DNA of 63,552 nucleotides, the filler included, from Chlamydiia bacterium (lineage in GTDB: Bacteria; Chlamydiota; Chlamydiia; Chlamydiales; FEN-1388), in NCBI GenBank assembly GCA_903848235.1. It is 8 parts of 8 records of this genome, joined end to end, with 100 filler letters (N's around TTAATTAATTAA, not from the genome) between each part and the next. Parts side by side here need not be neighbours in the genome. Positions count along the whole stretch, not along the records: positions 21,932 to 49,104 come from CAINFV010000134.1; 7 more parts are not named here. One strand, written 5' to 3'. Positions within the stretch are counted from its first letter, which is position 1. Every line of letters begins with the position of its first letter. The position numbers and the translations under genes were made by a program. Shown here one piece after another: positions 38,082 through 49,204 of the stretch. The notes under the pieces were generated by a model, which saw only the letters and a list, made by a program, of their open reading frames with translations, was not told where the DNA came from and made no database searches.

Positions 38082-38558
38082 ATGACAACGCAGAAACAAC
38101 TGGAGGCAAATCGCCTCAATGCAATGCAATCAACAGGCCCAAAAACCAATGAAGGCAAGGCCCTAGTGGCCCAAAATGCCCTGAAGCATGGGTTCTTCAG
38201 CAAACAAATCCTAATCGATGGTGAGTCGAAGAATGAGTTTGATGTTTTGAAAATGGAATTTTATAGCCAATTCCAGCCCCAAGGACTTTTGGAAAATCTC
38301 TTCCTTGAAAGAGCCCTTACAGCGGCATGGAGATTGTCAAGAGTGACACAAATGGAGTCCATGTTGATCAGCTATGCTGCAAACAATTCATTTGAAAACA
38401 ATGGCATCATCGAAGTTTTAAAAGGAAGGGAGGGAAGTGAGCTTGCCCTACTCTCCCGCTATGAAATCACCCTGGAGAAAATTCTGTTCAGATCCCTTGG
38501 GGAGTTAAGGGCTCTACAATATGCGCGAAAGATGAACGAAACTGTGATCGACTTCTGA
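38082..38558 (+). CDS. hypothetical protein with STGPKT motif
   Basis: AGGAGG RBS; TQKQLEANRLNAMQSTGPKTNEGK..NALKHG. Confidence 0.75.
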   Translation: MTTQKQLEANRLNAMQSTGPKTNEGKALVAQNALKHGFFSKQILIDGESKNEFDVLKMEFYSQFQPQGLLENLFLERALTAAWRLSRVTQMESMLISYAANNSFENNGIIEVLKGREGSELALLSRYEITLEKILFRSLGELRALQYARKMNETVIDF

Positions 38559-38657
38559 CATTGGCTTTGATTCGTAAAAAACATGAATAGAAGCTATTTA
38601 AGGAGTGCAATGTTTTATAATCCTTTGCTATGATCAATATCCTTGGAGGACCAGACC

Positions 38658-38852
38658 ATGAAAAAAATCGACGATTACCTGCAGATCAAAGAGGCTTCTG
38701 AATTGTTGGGAGTCACTGCCACAACATTGAGAAATTGGGAAAGAAAGGGAAAACTCCTCTCCCACCGCCACCCTATCAACAAATATCGACTCTATAAAAG
38801 AGAAGACCTTGAGGCTCTTTTACAGAAGATTGACACACCACAAGGACAATAG
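38658..38852 (+). CDS. MerR-type HTH (excisionase/directionality factor-like)
   Basis: LQIKEASELLGVTATTLRNWERKGKL..HPINKYRLY; directly upstream of the recombinase. Confidence 0.8.
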   Translation: MKKIDDYLQIKEASELLGVTATTLRNWERKGKLLSHRHPINKYRLYKREDLEALLQKIDTPQGQ

Positions 38853-38886
38853 CCCAGTCCCAACATCCCTACCCAGTTAAAACACC

Positions 38887-40557
38887 ATGAAAGCAATTTT
38901 ATTGGCTCGAGTCTCCAGCAAAGAGCAAGAAGAAGGTCAATCTATCCCCGCCCAAGAGAGGCGATTGAGAGAGTACGCAGAGAGGAAAGGGCTCATTGTC
39001 GATGAGATCTTCAAAATCACTGAATCTTCCACAAAGGATACCAGGCGTGAATTTGAAAGAATTTTGGAACGCATTCACAAATCAAGAGAGACCATCGCCC
39101 TTGTCGCTGACACCATCGATCGTGTACAGCGCAGCTTCAAAGAGTCTGTCGTTCTCGACAACCTACGCAAAGAGGGCAAGGTAGAGATTCATTTCATGCG
39201 TGAGGGACTTATCCTCAACCTCAAGTCCAATAGCTCGGATATCTTGCGATGGGACATGGGAGTGATGTTTGCAAGGAGCTACGTCCTTCAGTTGAGTGAC
39301 AATGTCAAACGCAGCAAGGAAGAGTCTCTCAAGAAGGGAATTTGTATTGGCAAGGCCCCTCTTGGATACCTGAGGGTCACTGATGAAAAGGGAAACAAGA
39401 CAATCATCCCTGATCCATTAACGAAGTCACTCATTCAAGAGATGTTCTTTCAATACTCTAACGGCAATCATTCCCTTCAAAGTCTCACCATCTTCATGAA
39501 AGACCAAGGGTTAAGAACGAGCAATGGCAACCCCATCGTCAAATCACAAATCGAGTCCATGCTGAAAAACACTTTTTACTCTGGAGTCATGAACACGAAA
39601 CAGGGGCAGTTCCCCCATCACTATGAGACACTGGTATCGCAAGAACGATTTCAACAGGTACAAAACATTCTCTCAGGGTACCACAAGAAACCATTTCAAT
39701 CTCTATCGCGACCCTTTGCTTTGCGTGGATTGATCACCTGCGCTAGATGTGGCTGTATAGTGTCTCCTGAGATCAAGAAGGGAAAATATGTCTATTACAG
39801 CTGCACCAACGCCAAGGGAACTTGCTCTAGGAACTATATCAGGGAAGAGGCGCTGCTGGCTCAGCTTACCCCATGTTTCGAGAGCATCACCCTATCAGAA
39901 GAGGCCATAGCCACCATCACTGAATACCTCAAGGAAGTGCATCAGTCTGAGCAAAAGTTTTTCCAGGAAGAACAGGCTCTGTTACAGAAGGAGCTCGACA
40001 GGGTGAAAAACCGTATGAGCAAAATGTATGACGATAAGCTTGATGGGCTGATTGATGAGGAGCTGTATCAGCAGAAATTCAATGAGTGCAAGACAAGGCA
40101 GCAAGAGGTGGTGTCAAAGATGCAGCGACACGTCAAAGCTGATGAGCACTTCTACATCACTGCCAATACAGTCCTAAGGCTAGCAAGCAGAGCAAAGGAT
40201 CTTTTCGAAAGTTCTGAAGTAGAGGAAAAGAGGCAACTTCTCAATTTTGTGTTTCAGAACTTGGTTTTAGATGGTGAAAAACTGGTCCACACATTGCGTG
40301 AGCCATTTTCAATGATCATGAACATGAAAGCATGTCCAAATGGATGGGGGCAGTTGGACTCGAACCAACGGAGTCGTGAGACGAGGGATTTACAGTCCCT
40401 TGCAATTGCCGCTATGCGATACCCCCAAAAACGAGAACCTCCTGAGTTCATTTCACTTCTGTTTCCTGCTGAAACTACAACTCAGGGCACTAAAATGCTG
40501 ACAGTAGGACTTGAACCCACAACCGTCCGATTACAAATCGGGCGCTCTACCAGTTGA
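38887..40557 (+). CDS. large serine recombinase (integrated-state allele, last 65 aa antisense to tRNAs)
   Basis: ARVSSKEQ catalytic Ser, DRVQR, APLGY, zinc ribbon CARCG..YYSC..C, coiled coil. Confidence 0.92.
   Translation: MKAILLARVSSKEQEEGQSIPAQERRLREYAERKGLIVDEIFKITESSTKDTRREFERILERIHKSRETIALVADTIDRVQRSFKESVVLDNLRKEGKVEIHFMREGLILNLKSNSSDILRWDMGVMFARSYVLQLSDNVKRSKEESLKKGICIGKAPLGYLRVTDEKGNKTIIPDPLTKSLIQEMFFQYSNGNHSLQSLTIFMKDQGLRTSNGNPIVKSQIESMLKNTFYSGVMNTKQGQFPHHYETLVSQERFQQVQNILSGYHKKPFQSLSRPFALRGLITCARCGCIVSPEIKKGKYVYYSCTNAKGTCSRNYIREEALLAQLTPCFESITLSEEAIATITEYLKEVHQSEQKFFQEEQALLQKELDRVKNRMSKMYDDKLDGLIDEELYQQKFNECKTRQQEVVSKMQRHVKADEHFYITANTVLRLASRAKDLFESSEVEEKRQLLNFVFQNLVLDGEKLVHTLREPFSMIMNMKACPNGWGQLDSNQRSRETRDLQSLAIAAMRYPQKREPPEFISLLFPAETTTQGTKMLTVGLEPTTVRLQIGRSTS
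40345..40426 (-). tRNA. tRNA-Tyr(GTA)
   Basis: GGGGGTATCGCATAGCGGCAATTGCAAGGGACTGTAAATCCCTCGTCTCACGACTCCGTTGGTTCGAGTCCAACTGCCCCCA folds as a cloverleaf. Confidence 0.96.
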
Positions 40558-40568
40558 GCTATGTCAGC
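40496..40568 (-). tRNA. tRNA-Thr(TGT)
   Basis: GCTGACATAGCTCAACTGGTAGAGCGCCCGATTTGTAATCGGACGGTTGTGGGTTCAAGTCCTACTGTCAGCA. Confidence 0.96.
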
Positions 40569-40642
40569 ATCAATCGGCGCAGCATACGTTACCAATGATG
40601 TACGATTTCTCTCAAGAGTGGAGAAACAAAAAATACACTTTC

Positions 40643-40972
40643 CTAAGAGGTCGGTGGCAAAACTTCCTTCGGCGCCCCTTCAATCCCAATCAGCTCTTCG
40701 AGTGTGCCATAGCTCTTGGGAACCTCGCCGGTCGTCACTTCTACAGCGGTCTTCTCCGGCTCCTTAGGAGCTCCTGCAGAAGCTGTCAGAACCTTAAACA
40801 CCTTCCGAGCCAAATTCACAGAAGGATTCTGAGCGGTATTCGCACTTGGCGCCATCACTCTGATTCCACCAAGACGCGGCTTATGGGTCTCCAGCTCTTT
40901 TAACCCACAGCACTTCTTATATTTCTTCCCTGAACCACAAGGACATGGATCATTACGGTTTGCTTTCGTCAT
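40643..40972 (-). CDS. SEC-C motif protein
   Basis: [17 protein letters not shown]. Confidence 0.85.
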   Translation of the reverse strand: MTKANRNDPCPCGSGKKYKKCCGLKELETHKPRLGGIRVMAPSANTAQNPSVNLARKVFKVLTASAGAPKEPEKTAVEVTTGEVPKSYGTLEELIGIEGAPKEVLPPTS

Positions 40973-41067
40973 ATGAGGATTCTTCTTTGTGCTTTACAAT
41001 GAGAAAGCATAGATCGTACCATCTTTGTAGATTTTTTCGGGATGCTCTTTGAAGTGAACCTTTTTTC

Positions 41068-41844
41068 ATGGCTATGATTCCCCTCCCCACTCCCCCATGG
41101 ACCGGCCTCGGACGCAGGCTAGAAAGCGCCACGAGGAAAGCTCTCTATGACTTTCAGCTGCTCGACGGTGTCTCTCGTCTGGGGATCGCATTAAGCGGTG
41201 GAAAAGACAGCCTCACCATGCTCTTCCTTCTCCATGCAATTCAGGGAAGAGGGTTCCCGCCAATTGAAATAGTCTGCTTCCATGCCGGAGGAGATACTTC
41301 ATGCGGCGCGAGCATCGGAAACCCATTTTTAATCGATCTGTGCGGACAGCTAAACGTCAAATTGGTCACTCGTCCAATGCCCCCATTTAAGGGAGACCTC
41401 GAATGCTACTCATGCTCTCGGCGACGAAGAAAATTGCTCTTTGACATGGCAAAAGAAAATGGCTGTCAGACGATCGCCTTCGGCCACCACCGCGATGACA
41501 ATGCCCAAACACTCCTCATGAACCTTCTTCACAAAGGAGAGTGTGCGGGCCTCCTCCCAAAACTAACACTCTATAAATACGGCGTTACCATCATCCGCCC
41601 TCTTATCTACCTAGCAGAGGATGATATCTCTACATTCGCTAAGCAGTATGGTTTTCAGCGCATCACCTGCCGCTGCCCAGCAGGACAGCACTCACTTCGA
41701 AAAAAAACAGACCTCTTGCTCACCACCCTTACATCCATTTATCCCAACGCGCGAAGTAACTTAGCCCACGCGTCGTTAGTCTATGGAAGCCAAAAGGCTC
41801 AAAAAGATGAGCTGGCTGATCTTGATCATTCGACAAGTTTGTAA
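41068..41844 (+). CDS. ttcA: tRNA 2-thiocytidine biosynthesis protein
   Basis: PP-loop SGGKDS, CYSCSRRRR, GHHRDD, IIRPL, C.CP. Confidence 0.88.
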   Translation: MAMIPLPTPPWTGLGRRLESATRKALYDFQLLDGVSRLGIALSGGKDSLTMLFLLHAIQGRGFPPIEIVCFHAGGDTSCGASIGNPFLIDLCGQLNVKLVTRPMPPFKGDLECYSCSRRRRKLLFDMAKENGCQTIAFGHHRDDNAQTLLMNLLHKGECAGLLPKLTLYKYGVTIIRPLIYLAEDDISTFAKQYGFQRITCRCPAGQHSLRKKTDLLLTTLTSIYPNARSNLAHASLVYGSQKAQKDELADLDHSTSL

Positions 41845-41859
41845 CCATCGAGATTGAAA

Positions 41860-43002
41860 CTATCCCATGCCAAGCAGCGAATCAATAGCGCGCACTTGGT
41901 CTACAATCCGCGTCAGCGCCTCTTCGTGCCCCTCTCCTTCTTCAGATTCAAGGAACACTTCCAAGTGGGATTTCATCTTAGAAAAAAGCACCAGCAACCG
42001 CTCATCTTTGCGGCTTGCAGTCTCTTCTTCAATGATTTCTCGAAGATAGGAAGAAAGCTCTTCTAATTCAAAAATAGAAAGCGGCCATACTCTATCACTC
42101 TGAGCAAACGTCGCCATCTCTTCTAGAAACGGCGACACCTCGTTGGGAGGCAGATTTTTCAGCGTTCTCCACAACGGGACATCACCATGAATCTTCTCAT
42201 CAATGATCTGCATAGCGCGATCATGAAGACGCTGCCTCTCACCATCAATAGCCTCTCTCCACTGAAAAAGCGGGACAAATTCATACGCTGGGAGGCCGGA
42301 AGAAAGAAGAGACTCCAGCTCCAAGAGAACAGGCTGCAACGCCTCTTCGATCTGTCGCAAGATTTCCCCCCTCTGCGAAGCTGGTATGGTAGCCTCTGCC
42401 AGAGCCTCGCTCGGATAGGACATGATAAAAGCAATGTCTTCGAGGATGGCTTCGCGAGTCTTCATCTCCAAAGAATCGTGAATCTTCCGCCTCAGGCGAG
42501 AGTCATCATGCATTATTGCCAAGAGCTCAACGCCTCCCACAGCGCCTTTGACCGTCTCTATCCCCTTTCCTTCCCGCCCAGCAACAACCAAGGATTTCAC
42601 AGGATCAATCACCGGGTCAATGTACCGCTCAACAAAAGCTTGCGCTCTAGAGCCGAATTCCTGTAAAAGTACTTGTTTTGAAAGTTCGAGTTGTGCAATC
42701 GAGCCTTCCGCTCTCCGAATGAGATCTCGAGAAGAATACTGACTCAATAGGCGCTTGGCTGAGGCCTCACTCACCCCAGATGCCACTTCCTCACGGGCCT
42801 CCTCCGTTACCCGACTTGCGATCCACGAAAACATCGAACGAATTTTTTCTAGAAGAGAGTGAGAAGTGGGGTCTTCGGATTGTGATGAGCGCACAACACC
42901 GCCCCCTGGAACATCCGACGATTCAGAACGCTGGTGATCCTCATGAGGGAAACGTTTATTATGCGACACGCGATGAGGCATGGAATTCCTCCTCCACCAC
43001 AT
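41860..43002 (-). CDS. hypothetical protein
   Basis: 380-aa ORF; start may be 42981 (MPHRVSH, GGAGG upstream). Confidence 0.65.
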   Translation of the reverse strand: MWWRRNSMPHRVSHNKRFPHEDHQRSESSDVPGGGVVRSSQSEDPTSHSLLEKIRSMFSWIASRVTEEAREEVASGVSEASAKRLLSQYSSRDLIRRAEGSIAQLELSKQVLLQEFGSRAQAFVERYIDPVIDPVKSLVVAGREGKGIETVKGAVGGVELLAIMHDDSRLRRKIHDSLEMKTREAILEDIAFIMSYPSEALAEATIPASQRGEILRQIEEALQPVLLELESLLSSGLPAYEFVPLFQWREAIDGERQRLHDRAMQIIDEKIHGDVPLWRTLKNLPPNEVSPFLEEMATFAQSDRVWPLSIFELEELSSYLREIIEEETASRKDERLLVLFSKMKSHLEVFLESEEGEGHEEALTRIVDQVRAIDSLLGMG

Positions 43003-43069
43003 CCATTCCCTTTTATTGTAACAACAAAAAGATTATTGTCAAAATTACTGTATATTTATTTGGAGAATT

Positions 43070-43786
43070 ATGAAAATATTAATAGTTAACGATGACGGAA
43101 TAGAATCACCTGGATTATGGGAACTACAGCGTTCTTTATCACATATAGCACAGACCGTTGTCGTTGCCCCATCCGACGAACAATCCGGCAAGGGAGCAAG
43201 CGTCACCCTCCCCAACCCCGGAGTCGTTCAGAAGAGAGAGGCCTATCCATGTGAAGCCTGGAGCGTCGAAGGAACTCCAGCAGATTGTGTAAAAATGGCC
43301 CTTAAAAAGATCCTCTCCTCCCCGCCCGACCTCATTGTCTCTGGCATCAACCCGGGAACGAACGCCGGCACCTTTCTCTTTACAAGCGGAACCGTTGGCG
43401 GTGTGATCGAAGGGGTTCTCAATGGAATCCCAGGAATCGCCTTTTCCTCCGCCAGCTTTTCAGACCCCCAATTCCCACGGTTTTCACCCTATATTGCCTC
43501 CATCGTTCACTATGCAACAACCACCCATCCCATCCCAGAAGGAACGCTTCTAAACGTCACGTTTCCCTACTCCCATATTCTTGACACCCATCTTGAAGGA
43601 AAGATTGCCGGCATTAAGTTCACGCGTCAGGGAAGAGCGTCATCTCACCTTCCAGGGGAGATCAATACTGATAACTACTGGCTACAACAAGGATTCATCA
43701 CGATTGTCCCTGTCTATGTAGGTGAGCTAACCCATTCGAGCTACTTAGAGAAAGCTCAAGGAATCCACCACCATGGTCTTGCCTAA
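43070..43786 (+). CDS. surE: 5'/3'-nucleotidase SurE
   Basis: ILIVNDDG, EQSG, GTPADCV, SGINPG.N, SGTVG. Confidence 0.92.
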   Translation: MKILIVNDDGIESPGLWELQRSLSHIAQTVVVAPSDEQSGKGASVTLPNPGVVQKREAYPCEAWSVEGTPADCVKMALKKILSSPPDLIVSGINPGTNAGTFLFTSGTVGGVIEGVLNGIPGIAFSSASFSDPQFPRFSPYIASIVHYATTTHPIPEGTLLNVTFPYSHILDTHLEGKIAGIKFTRQGRASSHLPGEINTDNYWLQQGFITIVPVYVGELTHSSYLEKAQGIHHHGLA

Positions 43787-43801
43787 GAAGTAGGACAACC
43801 T

Positions 43802-44239
43802 CTATTCGAGTCCAGGAGATAGAGCCTTCGAGATGCTCCGAGCTTTGGCTTTTTCAAAGGCGTCAATGCGGTCAAACCCTTTTGCCTGACACCTTTCTAG
43901 AAATGGTCTGGCGCCGGGAATCTCTAGAAGCCTTCGTATCTCCTGCGCCAAGCGCTGACTCAACAGAGAAGAATCGGCAGGAACATCCCACGTCTTCCCA
44001 CTCTTCAGCTGATATTGCCTCGCCTCTATTGCAACCTTTGACAGCTCATCAAAAAGAAGGGTGAGCGAATCCTGCCGAGCAAAAAGATCATGGAGGCAAT
44101 GAACTCCTTCCAGGTCAACTATCAGCTGGCGTTGTATCTCGTCTCCTCGCCGCAGGTAATAGGCCTCATCTTTCGTCGTGCATGAGGATACAGTTAAGGC
44201 ACAGAATAAGACCGACAATATCAAGAGCGTATCTTTCAT
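43802..44239 (-). CDS. putative lipoprotein
   Basis: MKDTLLILSVLFCALTVSSC lipobox-like N-terminus. Confidence 0.6.
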   Translation of the reverse strand: MKDTLLILSVLFCALTVSSCTTKDEAYYLRRGDEIQRQLIVDLEGVHCLHDLFARQDSLTLLFDELSKVAIEARQYQLKSGKTWDVPADSSLLSQRLAQEIRRLLEIPGARPFLERCQAKGFDRIDAFEKAKARSISKALSPGLE

Positions 44240-44294
44240 CTTCACTTCTACAAAAAAAACGGATGGTAACCAGTCCACAGTCCAAACGCAACGT

Positions 44295-47200
44295 CTACCT
44301 TTTTTCAGGAGATGCCACTATCTCATCCCGCCGTTTCTGAAGTGCCGCCTCAATCAACGGCAATCGTTCCTGCGTGGCCTGAAGATAGACACGGACAAAG
44401 GCAATTCTCTTCTCGAGAAGTACCGACGTCGCCACTGCCTTTGTTCGCGCAATACCACTGCCGACACGTGATGCCTCACGTGCTTCGAGGTTCTGCTGCT
44501 CCATGAGAGCCATCGCCTCAGCCCCATCTTTACGTCGAATAGAATTCGACTCTGAGACGAGTTGCGCGACCCTTTCCAGCCCTTCGAGAGAGGCCTGCTG
44601 TTGGACAAGGGTCTCCAACGACTTCGCCTCAAGGTCGACAATATCAACGAGCATCTGTTGCTCGAGTTTCCTCTGAGGATTACGCCGCTCAATCTCTTCT
44701 AGGGGAAGAGGAGGAATATCTCTGACTCCCACGCGCTCTAAGGCCTCTACTACCTTCGAACGCACAGCAAGGAGCTCCTCAATCCGCTTCTCGAAAACCT
44801 CTAACTTCGCCGCTACCGCTGAAGCATTCAATTCATACCGTTGAATCTTCTCTTCGTCCTGATGGGTCATCCCTTCTTTGCCCTTCCCCCGAATAAGCTC
44901 TGCCGCTGTAACGAGATTTTCAAGAGCAATTCGACTTTTTTCAGCCGCCTCCGTCACCTCGATAATCTCTACATTCGTAGCGATTAATGAGGCGCGCACA
45001 GAGTCAATGGCATCGACTTGGGGCTGAAGTCCCTGTCGAAACTCAGCCTTCTGCTCCTCAGTCAGAGCATTGAACAACGAGCAAAGCAGTTTCGCGTCGA
45101 TACCCTGAGCTCTAAAGATACCCAAAAACTTGTAAAGAGCTTCTTTTGCTTGAGGCTCGATTGTATACGCCACAAGATGACTGAAGCATTTTTCAAGTTT
45201 TCCCGGGTCAGACGACATCTCTACCACTTCTTCTTCTGTCATATCGAGGAGGTAGCTCTGCTGATATTCAGGCATCTGCCTGCATAAAGAGGCAAGCGCT
45301 TCGACGAGACGTTTTTTTTGAGCCTCCATACTGGTCTGCCGAGGAGGGGGGGTCTGTATGATCTGCCGTAACAGACTGATATCTTTGCCTTCCTTTTCAG
45401 CAAGGACTCTAATCCACCGAGCATGGTATGTCTCAATAATATCCAGCGCATGGAGGATTTTCGCTTCACCAGCGCCCAGCAGTAGTTGAGGGGTAATTCC
45501 GGCAAAATCCTTAGGATCAAGATCTTTATACATTGAGAGAAACGCTCTGAGCTCCTCCCCTTTTGGCCCACGTTCAAATTCTTCCAAAAGCAGCTCTGGG
45601 TTCAGCTCTTCATCTTCTCCCTGACCCATCTCTTGTCGATAGGCAGAAGAGTGAACGATCAAAAAGCGCAACTCTCGCTGCTGCTCTTCAGAAAGAGCAT
45701 GGTACTCCCACGGAGGAATGGTGTTGATTTCAGCACGCACCTCGGGAGGCAATCCCTTAAACCGATCAACGAGAATCTGGAGATAGTTTTCAGAGACCTT
45801 CTCCACCACTGTCAAGGGACGGTGCCTCTCGACGATATCTAAAAGACGCTCTTGGACATGGGGAGCTAGCATCGAAAAATAATAAGGAGTCATTGCCAAG
45901 AGGTCTTCTGCCGTCAGGTCCTCGAAGCCAAGCAGAAGACGAGTGATCAGGGCTTTTTCTTGAGAGGCGTCGAGTTTTCCCAACCTATATTGAACCCATA
46001 TCCTCTCAAGCTCTTCTCCATCTTCAGGAGAGATTTTAGAATTCATTCGAACCGACTGAAAGATAAGCTCACGATCCTTGTCATCCAACTGCTGTCTGAA
46101 GTTCTCAATCCGTTTGTCGTCAACATATCGCCCGCTGTTCACAGCCTTTTGGAGGTAATATCCAATCCCTCGTGTGACTTCAGCAACGCCCACGCCAACA
46201 GCTTTTGCTCCCCGCCTCGATAACCCTCCGAGGTAATTCCACATTGGACGTGCTCTTGGTGCCAGATAGGCCCCAGTTCTTGGCAAAAGGTCATTGGCTA
46301 AAAAAGCAAGAAGAATAGGCGTCAGAATAAAGCCGCCTGTTCCGAGGACCAGACTACAGGCAACAGGCAGCGCATATGACGCAACCTTGGCGACCGGCGC
46401 CCCTACAGCACCAATATATTTCTGCCATCCTTCCTTTCCGGCAAGCACTTCTGCCTGCCGAAGAACGGCTTCCGACCCTTCGGTTGTATATCGTCCTGCC
46501 TCCCGAGCCAACCCAACCCACTTCAAATGTTGGATCACTGCATTACCGCCCAGAGCAAGCACTCCCTGCTCTAATTCAAGCCCCTTCTGAACGACTCCCA
46601 AAAGAGGCGACATGATGTTCAAATATGCCGATGATCCGTACTGTAGGGCAGATGTCGATGCTAGATACCGCACAGGAGGCAAGGCATCGAGCAGCCGCTG
46701 CATCGACTGCACCCGTTCTGATGACTTTCCCGCCTTCTCGAGCAGCGTCAGCTGTGAAGCTAGCTCTTGAAGTTCAGCTAACGGCTCAGCGCTCGGCGGC
46801 CCTCCTAACGACATCCCCCAAGACCATAACCTCTTTACTGCCGCAAGAATCCCCTTATCAGGCTCTGTTATACCCCGAGTTTTTAGCGCCTGTCGCACTT
46901 GCGTTATAGCAACGGCCACAGCAGGCGACAGAGAAGGAGTCGTCCCTTCCACCGCGCGTATCAGGGCGCTTGTCCCTCCCATAGCACACTGTTCTAACAG
47001 AATATCAGACGCCGCTCTTAGGTCTTGGGAAAGAGATACCCCCTCCTTCCCTAAAGAAGCAGCAGCAGCACATACGCCATCTCGTGCCACTCTCAGCTCT
47101 GCAGCAACAGCTTCTATCTGTGCAGGAGAAGAAGAAGGATCCCCAACGATCTTCATCGCTCGTGACAGAACTGTCATCCAATCTCTTGCGGAAGAGACCC

Positions 47201-49104
47201 CGCCGAGCAATAAGCGTTCCAATGGGCCTGCCAGCTTTAGAAGAAGAGGGAATACCTGCGCAGCACCCGCCTCCATGGCTCGAACCCTCTCTTCTAGGCC
47301 AAGAGTTTTCAGAGCGATGATGATATTTTCTTCCGTACCAAAAAAGGAGAGCCCAAACGACATCGCAGAAATGCTTAGCTGTATAACCATCGGGTTGCTT
47401 GCCACCCCTATGCCCTGAGCTAGCCTCTCTAACAGCATCCCAACGGCTGTTCCTGCCCACTCGTCAGCAACACCTAGAACTTGCCCGGAGGTGTACAACA
47501 CCCCAGAAGTGATGACACCGCTGCCAACAGCATCCTGAAGTCTGCTGACATCAACAGGCGATGGAGCCCTCTGAGCAAAAACCTCTTCTTTCGAGACTGT
47601 GGCTCCAAAATCATCTATGGGAACAAAGGCTTCGCGACTACTCAGGGTAGATTCTAGCGTTATCAGGTAGAGGGAGAGCTGCCGTTTCCCCTGTTCTTCA
47701 AGGGGTTCTAAAGACTCCAGCCGAGCCTTCACCTTTACGATTTCGGCCTTCAGTTGCTCTTCAGTAAAGGCGATGACCTCTGGCGGAGGAGTCACTAGAT
47801 GTGTGAGGAGGATTTTTTTCCCTAATCGAAGAGTACTGTTGAGAACTTCTGTGAAAAGCACAACGTTGTCATAGTCATTCATAAACTCAGATGGATCAGC
47901 ATCATCAAAATCATGGACGTTAGCTTCAAGGAGCAACTTCTTCCCCTCACGGAAAAATTCACATCGCAACTCCAGAGGAAGATCCCACACCTGCCCTGGC
48001 ACAACATCATACAGCTTTCCCTGTTCCTGAATTGGCAGCCGGTTAAAATGGAAAAATAGTATTCTTTCAAGTTCCTTTTGCGTCACATCATCTAATGTCA
48101 ACCAATCATCCATCTGCTTGATTTTTCTATACTTCGCAAGAGTTCTCTTCTCGTGAGGTGTCAGGTCAGAAGCCGACTCGCGAACAATATCCATGATGCG
48201 AAGGCATGCCATGGCAGGGTCCATTGCGTGGAGTTTCTGAGCAAAATCCTGAGGCGTCAAGGCCCGCTTCAGATAGTCTCCAGGCAAACCATCATACATC
48301 CCGATCAGTTCACGAATGTGTAAAGAAGGCTCTTCAGCAGGGATCTCGCCATGAACGAGAGCCTCTTGAATCTGCTCTAAGGCTGTTTGGAATTTCACAC
48401 GATCTTTCTGCGGCACGTCCCACATCGGAGAAGAGAGAACAACGAAGAGCTGTCTTTGCTGTTCTTCTGCTGAGAGCGCAAGAAATTGACTGAAGCGCTC
48501 TTCTCCAACCCGCAATTGCGCCCTCTCTTTTTGGAAATCGGAAAGACAGAGATAGGCAGAATACAAGATATGCAATGCTTTTTTATCTTCATCTGTCCGC
48601 CTCACACCTCTGCTCTTTAACGCCAGAGAAAAGGTCCTCTTCTCTTCTTCACTGATTCTCAACCACGGCGAGGATGTCACTGCCTGAAAAATCTTCTTCC
48701 TCGACTGTTTTCCTAGCTTGATAAAATGCTTAAAATCGCCTTCTGCACACAGAGGGAACACCGGTCGTGGCGGTTCTTGTGCTTCAAGGAGGTCGAATGC
48801 ATACGAATCCATCCGATCGCGAAAATTTTGAAAGATCTGATTCAAACGAGATGGCTCTGTCATGCCAATATAGGTCAGATCTGCAATTTTTCTTGAGGTC
48901 AAGGCCGTAGCCTTTCCTCCATATTCTAAGGCCATGCCTACCATGGGAAGTAGCGATACTGCCGCCTTCCAGATTCTCGACAGCGCCCCTCTTCCGGCAG
49001 AACTCAGCACTCGCTCTGCCGCTCTCTCTCCTCTTTCTAGAGAGACTGTAGGGCCGCCTATATAAGGGATATACGAAACAGCATGATCGGCTGCATCTCC
49101 GACA
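44295..49104 (-). CDS. very large (~1600 aa visible) hypothetical protein, 5' truncated
   Basis: Frame open to the contig edge; hydrophobic segments and C-terminal coiled coil. Confidence 0.75.
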
Positions 49105-49204
49105 NNNNNNNNNNNNNNNNNNNNNNNNNNNNNNNNNNNNNNNNNNNNTTAATTAATTAANNNNNNNNNNNNNNNNNNNNNNNNNNNNNNNNNNNNNNNN
49201 NNNN

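Larger units (their letters stand above)
29720..40359. mobile_element. serine-recombinase genomic island integrated in tRNA-Tyr
   Basis: Direct repeats ATGGGGGCA(A/G)TTGGAC at 29720-29735 and 40344-40359, the latter being the tRNA-Tyr 3' end and inside the recombinase ORF. Confidence 0.88.

Noticed and set aside
40254..40903. ORFs 40254-40451 and 40511-40903
   Set aside because: Shadow frames over the tRNA genes and the SEC-C gene.
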